In this document: in pieces, positions 13,145 through 25,529 of the stretch
How the letters are laid out: every line of letters begins with the position of its first letter
Position numbering within the stretch: the stretch's first letter is position 1
Position numbers and translations under genes: made by a program
The notes under the pieces: model-generated
Database searches by the model: none
Told to the model about the DNA's origin: nothing
The model's input: only the letters and a program-made list of their open reading frames with translations
NCBI GenBank assembly: GCA_002269645.1
Contig: NIVC01001650.1
Coordinates: 5,065-69,064, forward strand
Reading direction: 5' to 3'
Length of the DNA stretch: 64,000 bases
Source: Macrostomum lignano
Lineage: Eukaryota

Positions 13145-13874
13145 AAAGCTGTTTTACTAAAGAATGTCTGAGTGCCCATCTATCCGTGGTTTAGATTAGC
13201 AAACCGTAAACTGGACTGCGAGGCCAAAGATCTTTTATGAGAACAGGACATGAAAATGAAATTGACTTCCAGTTGCAGTTGGAACTTTTATAGTTGCTTA
13301 CAAGTAGCTAAAAAGTGGCTAAAAAGTAGAACAATGGCTTGTATTCCACAAACTTTAAACTCTTTAAAACTCAGCTCAGTCAACAATGGAACGAGACTCA
13401 AGGCTTCAGTCTGTGCGTGTGACCCGCATAAGGAATTAGCGCGCCACGAGTCTGGCTCAACCGATCTCAGGCGTGACCCAATGCATCAACTATTATCATT
13501 TATCCACAGGTTGGCCACGCGCTCGAGCAGATCCCAATCAGTCCGTGCCCTGTCATCATATTGCACAGGCCGGCTCTCCCCTTCATCGCTGGCAAAATTA
13601 TTCATTCATTTTACTGTGTGCGACTGTCAGGGCTCATGCGGGCCCTGCTCGTATCTGCCGCTTGGCTCGGGTTGCGCAACACCACCCTAATTACTGCCGT
13701 AGCCTGCGCATGTCCCGGCCGTGAAAGCAGATTTTAAAGGGTGTTTAATATAGACGATTTAATTGTTCTCTTGTATGCTTCTGAGCTTTTCTGTGGCCCT
13801 TTCTTAAGCTGCCAGCTTAGTAAGAGGTCCGTCTCCTAATTCTGTTAACTCCCGTCCTGTCACTATCTCTGCTT

Positions 13875-13880
13875 CCCCCC

Positions 13881-13954
<74 letters not shown>

Positions 13955-14473
13955 TCCCTCTCTTCCTCTCCCTCTCTCTCTCCCTCTTTCTCTCCCTCTC
14001 TCCCTCTCTCTGTCTCACTCCTCTCCTTCTCTCTCTCCTTCTCCCTCTCTCTCTCCCTCTCTCTCTCCCTCTCTCCCTCTCTCCCTCTCACTCCTCTCCT
14101 TCTCTCTCTCTCCTTCTCCCTCTCCCTCTCCCTCTCTCCCTCTCCCTCTCCCTCTCCCTCTCCCTCCCCCTCTCTCTCTCCCTCTTCCTCTCCCTCTCCC
14201 TCTATCTCTCCCTCTCCCCCTCTCTCTCTCCCTCTCTCCCTCTCACTCCTCTCCTTCTCTCTCCTTCTCCCTCTCCCTCTCCCTCTCTCCCTCTCCCTCT
14301 CCCTCTCTCCCTCTCCCTCTCCCTCTCCCTCTCCCTCTCTCCCTCTCTCCTCTCTCCCTCTCTCCCTCTCTCCCTCTCCCTCTCCCTCTCCCTCCCCCCT
14401 CTCTCTCTCCCTCTTCCTCTCCCTCTCCCTCTATCTCTCCCTCTCCCCCTCTCTCTCTCCCTCTCTCCCTCTG
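13875..14473. repeat. (CT)n/(CCCTCT)n pyrimidine tract
   Basis: Low-complexity tract. Confidence 0.95.
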
Positions 14474-15271
14474 CGGTTTTCACTGTCGCTATGAGCGTAC
14501 GCAAGTTGCCGGTCAATTTTGATGCTCCTGGCCTCTTCTCTTTGCCTTTCACTTCCATTTACAAACACACGGCTGTCCATTTTGGCGTGTGACAGCGCGT
14601 GGCTGCCAAAAGTTTTGTCTATGCAGCCATGATAAATACTCGCAATTAGCGTCATAAAAGGTAGTCATAAAACTTTATGAAAGTTTTGCTTCCAGCCCGA
14701 CTGGAGGACATGATAGGAAACTGGCATATTCTATGGCTTTTTTGACACCTCCTGAATTATAATTCAAGCTATTCGAACTGGTGAGGCCTCAGGCTCGCTT
14801 GACTAATTCCATCGCTCCATTCACAGCTCCTCCGAGCTTCGAGCTTCCCAGGCCCGCCCGCATCGGTGCTAACCAAGCTGGCGCCTTGAAACTCCAATTC
14901 CAATCCATTTTCTTAAGAGTCCCCCTATTTTCAAGTCCCCGGGCCCTCAAGTCTCCGCGGCCGCCTCTTCAAGGCTCAGACCGAAGCCCGCATCACTCGA
15001 CGGCACTTGTTAAAAAGCGGGACATTCCTCCCAAGGCGCCGCTAAGAGACAGCGGACGGTGGGAGAGGGGCCTTGGATACGAGGAAACCTGCGAGGCCCC
15101 TGAGTCATCTAAGAGTTGCCCTCCAGCTGTGCTTGCCAGGGTTCCTACCGCCCCCGTGCCTGGATTAGCCGGTTGCTGTGTGTTTTGAAAAGCCACACTG
15201 AAAAATTGTGATACAGAAGGGGTCTAGCTAGCATCCTTGATTAGGAGTGCGTCTTTTGGAGACCCTAGCTT

Positions 15272-15782
15272 CAAGGGCGCCAGCACCAAGGGCGCCAGCA
15301 CCAAGGGGCGCCAGCACCAAGGGGCGCCAGCACCAAGGGGCGCCAGCACCAAGGGGCGCCAGCACCAAGGGCGCCAGCACCAAGGGGCGCCAGCTCCAAG
15401 GGCGCCAGCACCAAAGCGGCGCCAGCACCAAGGGGCGCCAGCACCAAAGGGGAGCCAGCACCAAAGGGGAGCCAGCACCAAAGGGGCGCCAGCACCAAAG
15501 GGGCGCCAGCACCAAAGGGGAGCCAGCACCAAAGGGGCGCCAGCACCAAAGGGGCGCCAGCACCAAAGGGGAGCCAGCACCAAAGGGGAGCCAGCACCAA
15601 AGGGGCGCCAGCACCAAAGGGGAGCCAGCACCAAAGGGGAGCCAGCACCAAAGGGGAGCCAGCACCAAGGGCGCCAGCACCAAAGGGGCGCCAGCACCAA
15701 AGGCCAGCATCAAACCTGCTGTGAGGTGGCGCCAAACCTGCTGTGAGGGGGCGCCAAACCTGCTGTGAGGTGGTGCCAAACC
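15272..15782. repeat. GGCGCCAGCACCAAAGG minisatellite (16-18 bp) plus three 20-bp GGCGCCAAACCTGCTGTGAG units
   Basis: Tandem arrays upstream of prox. Confidence 0.9.
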
Positions 15783-16271
15783 TCTTGCCAACTATAAAAA
15801 GTAACTTCTGAAGGTCAATGCTGGTGAAAACGGCTTGACAGCTTGTCAAGTTTTCCTCAATTCGCCATTGAGTCCTCAAGTCCAAAGGATTCGACCTTCG
15901 GGACACGAACCGTTCACGGGACGACTTGGCGCAACGTTACAGGAATTTCTATTCAATTTTCGATTCAGCTTCAAAATACAGTAGAGAGGTAGGTATTTTT
16001 TATAGCTCGTAGTTTCGACACTCCATTTTACGCTGTTTTTGAGCCAGGCATTGCGTCAAATGGAATTCCCTTGATAGCCTAAATTGGATGCCCTGGCAAC
16101 CAGCAAGCCATCAGATAAAAAAGAAGGGCTGCTCTCGGGTCAACAGCGTTCAGTCCAATATTTATTCGAATAGCTGGCGCCCTTATGGCAAACACTAGAA
16201 GCCGCTTAGACACGAGGTAGCATCGTCATTTGAAGTCAGTATTGCGCCATTACCCAATGATTTATGGCCTA

Positions 16272-16700
16272 AATGAATGGAGAGCTTGAATGAGATTTGA
16301 TGGAGTTTGAATGAGATTTGATGGAGTTTGAATGAGATTTGATGGAGCTTGAATGAGATTTGATGGAGCTTGAATGAGATTTGATGGAGCTTGAATGAGA
16401 TTTGATAGCGCTTAAATGAGATTTGATGGAGCTTGAATGAGATTTGATAGCGCTTAAATGAGATTTGATGGAGCTTGAATGAGATTTGATGGAGTTTGAA
16501 TGAGATTTGATGGAGCTTGAATGAGATTTGATAAAGCTTGAATGAGATTTGATAGCGCTTAAATGAGATTTGATAGAGCTTGAATGAGATTTGATGGAGT
16601 TTGAATGAGATTTGATAAAGCTTGAATGAGATTTGATAGCGCTTAAATGAGATTTGATAGAGCTTGAATGAGATTTGATGGAGTTTGAATGAGATTTGAT
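16272..16700. repeat. 20-bp minisatellite GAGCTTGAATGAGATTTGAT (same family as 9430-10812)
   Basis: Identical consensus, same orientation. Confidence 0.9.
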
Positions 16701-16989
16701 GCTATCTTCAGGACGCTGTCTGGTTTATGCTCAGTGATGCCCTCTGTGCCTTGAGAGTGACAGGTCTCAGGGCAGGGGGTGACATATCGTGGTGAGATCT
16801 GGGCACGTGCCCCCCTCGATTCCACAGTCCCACAACCCTTCCCAGCCAATGGGAGAGCAGGGGGGCAGCCCACCCCACCACCTCAACCCGAGCCAGACAA
16901 TAAGAAGGCTAACATTGGTGGCCTGCCAGACAGACCCCAGAGCTGTCCAGTCTTTACCCACCAACCAGGCACAGCTGCATCCCACAGCC

Positions 16990-19900
16990 ATGACCGAGTA
17001 CTGCATCAGCCGGCTGCTCAGCTCCCGCCAGCCCGCCTCAAGCGACTCAGCCAGGCAGCCGGCAGCCAAGCGGGCGCGACTGTCTCCCCAGCAACAGCCG
17101 GCTGGCCTCCCGGAGCCCCTGCTGTTGCGCGGCCTCGGCGACTCGTTGAAGCGTCAGCTGAGCAGCGACTTCAGCCAGATGATTGACAGCTTGGTGGCGA
17201 AACTGAGGGCCAGCGCCCAGCAGCAGCTGGAGAGGCTGATGCAGCACCAGCAGCAGCAGCATTTGGTTCCTGCTCTGCCGCTTCCATTCTTTCACCATCC
17301 TCAATTTGCCTGGCCCCTGATGCCGCTGCATCCGGCAACCGCGACGTTTCCCGCAGCTTCCGGCGGGGCCAAGGCGGCGGCTGATGAAGCATCGGAGTCG
17401 ACCGCTCCCAGCTGCACCGGCGTGGAGAACTGGACCGGGCGGCGTAGAGCAAAGGTGGGCGGGTTGCTTTTGGAGAGGGTGGATTGCTTTTGGAGAGGGT
17501 GGATTGCTTTTGGAGAGGGCGGATTGCTTTTGGAGAGGGCAGATTGCTTTTGGAGAGGGTGGATTGCTTTTGGAGAGGGCAGATTGCTTTTGGAGAGGGC
17601 AGATTGCTTTTGGAGAGGGCGGATTGCTTTTGGAGAGGGCAGATTGCTTTTGGAGAGGGCGGATTGCTTTTGGAGAGGGCAGATTGCTTTTGGAGAGGGC
17701 GGATTGCTTTTGGAGAGGGCGGATTGCTTTTGGAGAGGGCGGATTGCTTTTGGAGAGGGCGGATTGCTTTTGGAGAGGGCGGATTGCTTTTGGAGAGGGC
17801 GGATTGCTTTTGGAGAGGGCGGATTGCTCTTGGAGAGGGCGGATTGCTTTGGAGAGGGCGGATTGGTCTTGGAGAGGGCGGATTGCTCTTGGAGAGGGCG
17901 GATTGCTTTTGGAGAGGGCGGATTCGTCAACAGAGAGGGGCGGATTCTCATTGGAGAGGAGCGGATTTCTCAATGGAGAGGGGCGGATTTATCAACAGGG
18001 GATTCCCCAACAGAAGGGGGGGCGGATTCCTCAGAAGGAGGGGTGGATTTCCCAGCAGCAGGAGAGGCGAATTCCCCAGCAGGAGGGGCGGATTTCCCAG
18101 CAGCAGGGGCGGATTCATCAGGAGGGGCGGATTTCCCAGCAGGAGGGCGGATTCCCAAGCAGGAGGGGCGGATTCCCCAGAAGGAGGGGCGGATTCCCTT
18201 AACAGTACCAAATCATCTCAATACAAACCGGAAACAACAATGCCGCAGGTCGGGGCACTGGTCGAGGCCGACACTGGTCGAGGCCGCCGGCCCCTCCAAC
18301 CAGAGGCGAACCCCGCGCCGGTCGGGGCGGATGGCCAGGGCGGATGCCCGGATGGCGGCAGCAGGGCCTCCACGCCATGTCAGCTTGCGGTGAGTCAGAG
18401 ATGGTGAGGCGGTCGGTAATTGCTGGGCAAACAAGGGAACCGTTTGCCTTCCAGTTTGGGATTTTTTATTTATGATTTATGATTAGTGAATTACTTCTGT
18501 AAAGCAAATAAATGGCTTCCCACAGATTCCTTGCACTCTTCCAGCACCCACTCTGATCTCCCAGCATCCCGCATTCACCCCAACCCAATTTGCCCTTCGC
18601 CTTCGCAGTGCGGCCGCGGAGACCCGGCCGGCCACCCGCTGTCCGCCGGCCACCTGCGCAAAGCCAAGCTGATCTTCTTCTACAGCCGCTACCCCAGCTC
18701 AGCCACACTGAAGTCCTGCTTCCCGGACGTTCGGTTTGACAAGAACAACACCGCCCAGGTGGTGAAGTGGTTCTCGAACTTTCGGTGAGTCAAGGGACAT
18801 TGTCTATGACTGACTGACTGACTGACTGACTTGAGTGACTGGGTGACTGACTGACTGACTGACTGACTGACTGACTGACTGACTGACTGACTGACTGACT
18901 GACTTGAGTGACTGGGTGACTGACTGACTGACTGACTGACTGACTGACTGACTGACTGACTGACTGACTGACTGACTGACTGACTGACTGACTGACTGAC
19001 TGACTGACTGACTGACTGACTGACTGACTGACTGACTGACTGACTGACTGACTGACTGACTGACTTGAGTGAGTGGGTGACTGACTGACTGACTGACTGA
19101 CTGACTGACTGACTGACTGACTGACTGACTGACTGACTGACTGACTGACTGACTGACTGACTGACTGACTGACTGACTGACTGACTGACTTGAGTGAGTG
19201 GGTGACTGACTGACTGACTGACTGACTGACTGACTGACTGACTGACTGACTGACTGACTGACTGACTGACTGACTGACTGACTGACTGACTGACTGACTG
19301 ACTGACTGACTGACTGACTGACTGACTGACTGACTGACTGACTGACTGACTGACTGACTGACTGACTGACTGACTGACTGACTGACTGACTGACTGACTG
19401 ACTGACTGACTGACTGACTGACTGACTGACTGACTGACTGACTGACTTGAAATCTCGCTTGAATTTGCTCAGGAGTGAGCGGATTGGGCAGAGTTGCCTC
19501 ACCCCTGCAATTATTATTATTAGTAATTAATTAACTAACTAAATCATATGCATATAAGGTTCAATGAAATTCTGAACTGCAATAATTTAGGGCCAATAAA
19601 TTTCGATGCTTATTGCCGCTGGTGTCTGCAATATCCGGGTTATTGCAATTTTCCACTCATTTTTTCATTCAGCGAGTTTTTCTACATCCAAGTGGAGAAG
19701 CTCGCCCGGGAGCGCCTGGCCACCGGCGAGGGCCTTCAGGTGAGCAGCGGCGATGAACTCATGCTGGCTCTGTGCGCCCACTTCAACAAGTCTGACCGAC
19801 TGCAGGTGAGAGCAATCAGGTTACTGGGGTATTAAATACCTGTTAGCATGGGTCACTGCATGCGATGTTCTCTATAGGTGTCCTTCACTCTCACTCTCTG

Positions 19901-20701
19901 TTCACAATCATCTGTAGCGATCATTCACAGTCCTCTCACACTCACTGTTCACAATCATCTGTAGGGATCATTCACAGTCCTCTCTCACTCACTGTTCACA
20001 ATCATCTGTAGGGATCATTCACAGTCCTCTCACACTCACTGTTCACAATCATCTGTAGGGATCATTCACACCCTCTCTCACTCACTGTTCACAATCATCT
20101 GTAGGGATCATTCACAGTCCTCTCACACTCACTGTTCACAGTCATCTGTATGGATCATTCACACCCTCTCACACTCACTGTTCACAATCATCTGTAGGGA
20201 TCATTCACAGTCTCTCTCACTCACTGTTCACAATCATCTGTAGGGATCATTCACACCCTCTCACACTCACTGTTCACAGTCATCTGTAGAGATCATTCAC
20301 ACCCTCTCTCACTCACTGTTCACAGTCATCTGTAAGGATCATTCACACCCTCTCTCACTCACTGTTCACAATCATCTGTAGGGATCATTCACAGTCTCTC
20401 TCACTCACTGTTCACAGTCATCTGTAGGGATCATTCACACCCTCTCACACTCACTGTTCACAATCATCTGTAGGGATCATTCACACCCTTTCACACCATC
20501 TATCTTCCCTCACAGGTTCCATCCCACTTTCTGGCCGTCGTGCAAGCAGCTCTGATGGAGTTTTACCAAGCTCTGTCGGTCAGCCGAGATCAGCAGCCGG
20601 CCTGGAAGAAGCCCATCTATAGAGCCATCGCCCGTCTGGACCAGCCCGTTCCTGATTGGCTGAGACGAGCCGACTGCTCTAGCCCGTTCCTGATTGGCTG
20701 A
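16990..20701 (+). CDS. prox: Prospero/Prox homeobox transcription factor, 5 exons, 366 aa
   Basis: Exons 16990-17454, 18249-18389, 18609-18784, 19673-19805, 20516-20701. Homeodomain [17 protein letters not shown]...[26 protein letters not shown]; Prospero domain [19 protein letters not shown]; [18 protein letters not shown] resembles the conserved Prox helix. AATAAA at 20805. An upstream in-frame ATG (16849) or an upstream exon is possible. Confidence 0.92.
17462..18200. repeat. 21-bp minisatellite GGATTGCTTTTGGAGAGGGC(G/A) decaying into GGCGGATT(T/C) units, prox intron 1
   Basis: Tandem array starting 7 nt after the donor at 17455. Confidence 0.9.
18805..19446. repeat. (GACT)n microsatellite, prox intron 3
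   Basis: Long tetranucleotide tract with a few interruptions. Confidence 0.95.
19905..20495. repeat. 46-bp minisatellite, prox intron 4
   Basis: TCATTCACACCCTCTCACACTCACTGTTCACAATCATCTGTAGGGA units. Confidence 0.9.
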
Positions 20702-20999
20702 GACAAACCGACTGCTCTAGCCCGTTCCTGATTGGCTGAGACGCGATAGATATTATAATCTTCATTTTTCGCATCATTTTATTTATTTCATTTTAATGCT
20801 GCAAAATAAAAATTCCAATTGACTACTGACTTTCCAAAAGTAGTATGTTTTGTGTGATTGAACAGGTGACAGGCGCACCAGTGCATTCCCTTGAGACATC
20901 TTTAGTGTTTTTTTTTAATAAAAGAAAAAACTGCATGCAGGTTATTGCAACTTTGCTCCCTCCGAGCTCTGGCCTTGTGGTGCCTCTACATGTAGCTTT

Positions 21000-21510
21000 T
21001 GATTTGTGGCGCCCCTACTTGTTGATTTGTGGCGCTCCTAGCTGTTGATTTGTGGCGCGCCTAGCTGTTGATTTGTGGCGCCCCTAGTTCTTGATTCGTG
21101 GGCCATTAGTTCTTGATTCGTGGGCCATTAGTTCTTGATTTGTGGCGCCCTTAGTTCTTGATTTGTGGCGCCCTTAGTTCTTGATTTGTGGGCCCTTAGT
21201 TCTTGATTTGTGGCGCCCTTAGTTCTTGATTTGTGGGCCCTTAGTTCTTGATTTGTGGCGCCCTTAGTTCTTGATTTGTGGCGCCCTTAGTTCTTGATTT
21301 GTGGGCCCTTAGTTCTTGATTTGTGGCGCCCTTAGTTCTTGATTTGTGGGCCCTTAGTTCTTGATTTGTGGCGCCCTTAGTTCTTGATTTGTGGCGCCCT
21401 TAGTTCTTGATTTGTGGCGCCCTTAGTTCTTGATTTGTGGCGCCCTTAGTTCTTGATTCGTGGGCCCTTAGTTCTTGATTTGTGGCGCCCTTAGTTCTTG
21501 ATTCGTGGCT
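21000..21510. repeat. 22-23-bp minisatellite GATTTGTGGCGCCCTTAGTTCTT
   Basis: Tandem array flanked by CTACATGTAGC at 20986 and 21514. Confidence 0.9.
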
Positions 21511-21681
21511 CCCCTACATGTAGCACTCTGGAATGAAAGTCTGCAAGCATAAATGCGTATACTCAGCAACAGTCAAAAGTTCCACCCTCCAAGCGAGATG
21601 AGTTTTTTTTTCACTTATTGCGAGTGACGCAACTTACGGCACGCGCAAAGCTTATTCCACTTGGGGGCGGCTTGGGTCTGC

Positions 21682-21885
21682 TTAATGGTCCAAGATGACA
21701 ACGCGCCGCCACACCAAGCCGATGCTGTGAGTCAACTGAAAGAGCAGCTACAGCTGCGCACTCTGCGCTGGCCTTCCAGGTCCCCCAGACATGAATCCCA
21801 TCGAGCATGTCTGGGACTTCCTAAAACGCAGCATTCGAAAAGAAAATCCACCACAGAATGCAATGTATTTATAATCAGCAACATT
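21682..21885 (+). mobile_element. Tc1/mariner transposase remnant
   Basis: QDDNAPPH followed by WPSRSP/DMNPIEHVWDFLKR, with a frameshift at TCCCCCAGAC. These are the second Asp and the Glu motifs of the DD34E catalytic triad. Confidence 0.85.
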
Positions 21886-22029
21886 GAAAAGTCGCCCACC
21901 GGCGTAGCTAATTTGCGTCACTCGCAAAGATTGAGAGACTTCACCTGCACTCTCAAAAGTGGCGACCACAGACGGAATCTTCTGTGATGGCGACTTTCGA
22001 TGTTGCTGAGTATGCATGTAAGTATGTGA

Positions 22030-22872
22030 GTATACACATACGCTTGCATACACATACGCTTACATACACATACGCTTACATACACATACGCTTACATACA
22101 CATACGCTTACATACATATACGCTTACATACATATACGCTTACATACACATACGCTTACATACATATACGCTTACATACACATACGCTTACATACACATA
22201 CGCTTACATACATATACGCTTACATACATATACGCTTACATACACATACGCTTACATACACATACGCTTACATACACATACGCTTGCATACACATACGCT
22301 TACATACATATACGCTTACATACATATACGCTTACATACACATACGCTTACATACACATACGCTTACATACACATACGCTTACATACACATACGCTTACA
22401 TACATATACGCTTACATACACATACGCTTACATACATATACGCTTACATACACATACGCTTACATACACATACGCTTACATACACATACGCTTACATACA
22501 TATACGCTTACATACACATACGCTTACATACACATACGCTTACATACACATACGCTTACATACACATACGCTTACATACACATACGCTTGCATACACATA
22601 CGCTTACATACACATACGTTTACATACACATACGCTTACATACACATACGCTTACATACACATACGCTTACATACACATACGCTTACATACACATACGCT
22701 TACATACACATACGCTTACATACACATACGCTTACATACACATACGCTTACACATACGCTTACATACACATACGCTTACATACACATACGCTTACATACA
22801 CATACGCTTGCATACACATACGCTTACATACACATACGCTTACATACACATACGCTTGCATACACATACGCC
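22030..22872. repeat. 16-bp minisatellite TACACATACGCTTACA
   Basis: Tandem array. Confidence 0.95.
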
Positions 22873-23484
22873 CGTTCAGACGGAGTCAAGTTCAGACGCG
22901 CAACTGCAATGCAAAATTCACACACGCATCTATTTCAGCTTGTCAAAACTGATTGAATGAAAATTCTGACAACCCTTTGCCTGTAATTGGCGCAGTAATT
23001 TTGAGTACAGCATAACGTCATTGTGGAGTTGGGGGCAGAAGGTGTGCACTGTGCACTTCGTGCACACTGACTCAGGGGTCAGCACCAGACTGGGCTTCCA
23101 GCACAATGGACAATTGCAAGGGCAGCTGTGTGCCTACTATTTGTTCGAATTCCACTATAGCGCACGACGCATTGTTGCTGTGGACCGCGCGACAGCCAAT
23201 GGAAGGAAACACGGGGCAGAGAGAGAGAGAGGCAGAAGGTGGGAGAGGGCGGCATTTTGATTAAGATTGCCCGACTGCGAGCTTGCGCAGCGTATAGTGA
23301 TTCTTAATACTGGTATATGCATGCGTACCTTGTGTAAAACAGCATAGTGAGGCATTCGTCCTGATTTGGTAGCCAGGGCGGATGTCTGCTATCTCAATAC
23401 ATTCGATCGGTCCGCTCGGCTCTGCTGGCGGACATTCAGTTCTCATTCAGCTTCTGGCCTTGCCAATGGTGAGGAAATTTGGAT

Positions 23485-24525
23485 TTATCTATCCTGTTCT
23501 ATCCAATCCTATCCTTTCCTATCCTATTCTATTCTATCCCATTCTATCCTATCCTATCCTATCCTATCCTATCCTATCCCATTCTATCCTATCCTATCCT
23601 ATCCTATCCTATTCTACCATATCCTATCCTATCCTATCCTATTCTATCCTATTCTATCCTATCCTATCATATTCTATCCTATCCTATCCTATCCTATCCT
23701 ATCCTATTCTATCCTATCCTATCCTATTCTACCCTATCCTATCCTATTCTACCCTATCCTATCCCATCCTATCTTATCCTATCCTATCCTATTCTACCCT
23801 ATCCTATCCTATTCTACCGTATCCTATCCTATCCTATTCTACCCTATCCTATCCTATTCTACCGTATCCTATCCTATCCTATTCTACCCTATCCTATCCT
23901 ATCCTATCCTATCCTATCCTATTCTATCCTATTCTATCCTATTCTATCCTATCCTATCATATTCTATCCTATCCTATCCCATCCTATCCTATCCTATCCT
24001 ATCCTATCCTATCCCATCCTATCTTGTCCTATTCTATCCTATCTTATCCTATCCTATCCTATCCTATCCTATCCTATTCTATTCTATCCTATATTATCCT
24101 ATTCTATCCTATTCTATGCTATTCTATCCTATTCTATGCTATTCTATCCTATTCTATCCTATTCTATCCTATCCTATCCTATCCTGTCCTATCCTATCCT
24201 ATCCTATTCTATCCTATCCTATTTTACCCTATTCTATCCTTTTCTATCCTATCCTATTCTATCCCATCCTATCTTATCCTATTCTATCCTATCCAATCCT
24301 ATCCTATTCTATCCTATCCTATCATATTCTATCCTATCCTATCCTATCCCATCCTATTCTACCCCATCCTATCCTATTCCACCCTATCCTATTCTATCCT
24401 ATCCTATCCAATCCTATCCTATTCTATCCTATCCTATCCTATCCTGTCCTATTCTAACCTATCCTATCCTATTCTATCCTATCCTATCCTATCCTTGCCT
24501 ATCCTATCCTATCCTACTTGCCTAG
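23485..24525. repeat. (TATCC)n degenerate pentanucleotide microsatellite
   Basis: Tandem tract. Confidence 0.95.
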
Positions 24526-25136
24526 CCTAAGTACACATCGCATGACGTTCCGTTCTAAAGTTCACGCCAATCCTGCATGCGCAATGGCCGCACACAGAAT
24601 TGCCAACCGAAAAGCAAACAAAAAGGTTTTTATACAGCTCGGAACTTCTTGAGCTTACCTAAAGAAGTGCTCCGAAATCAGACTGGGTGACTGCAGAGCA
24701 CTAACTAGCATTGGACAATGGAGAGGTGTTCAGCGACCTGAGCACGCATTGCCTGTACTCAGGCTGCACGTACAGCCTCTGCAGGCATTGGACACATCCA
24801 CAGAATTGGGAGCTGAGAGCCTCCTGCTGCCAGCAAAGCTCTCCTCTCTCTTCTCCCAGTCTGTCTGCTTTCAGAGGAAAAAGCAGATATCGCGGCAGAT
24901 TTGAATGGCGGGAGTGCGGGAGACTAGGTGAGGTGGAGGGAACTGCCTGCATTGTTGTTGCTGCCAGCCCCACGCCATACTGGGGTTCAATTGTGTTTCT
25001 GCCCACCTCAAGCTTACTAATAATGAATGCCTGTCAGCAAGCACTACTGCCCCGAGTTGAGAGAGACAGCAGGCCAGCGCGACTCGGCAGTTAAAATCTG
25101 CTTATCTCAGCTACCCTAGCAATCAGCATGTAAGTG

Positions 25137-25193
<57 letters not shown>

Positions 25194-25529
25194 GCCAGCT
25201 AGCACATGCTCTCGATAGAGTCCGAGTGAAATTACGAGCGTTATTTAGCGCACACCGCAACTGCTGTGCCAATATTGCCACGGTGCCTCAATTCAAGGTA
25301 GAGATACTCCCCTGGGTGATTGTTGCATGCACTTTATGCTATCATTTCGCTGCCAGCATTGTCTATGGCAATTCTCCCCTGCATCTTTGTATTTTTCGTA
25401 ATAAAGAGTAGCAGAGCTATTGAGCAAAATTGAGAATATGAAGCACGCCGCATGCACAAAGCTGGCAATGTTGCGCAAGTGAATAAGGGACTTCCTTTAC
25501 CGAAGGCACAGCAGGTAAGATTGAGGTAA

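Noticed and set aside
16789-18393. 534-aa ORF running through prox intron 1
   Set aside because: The middle is a stop-free 21-bp repeat. Canonical AAAG|GTGGGC and CCGCAG|GTC sites give a phase-consistent spliced Prox, while the read-through is out of frame with exon 2.
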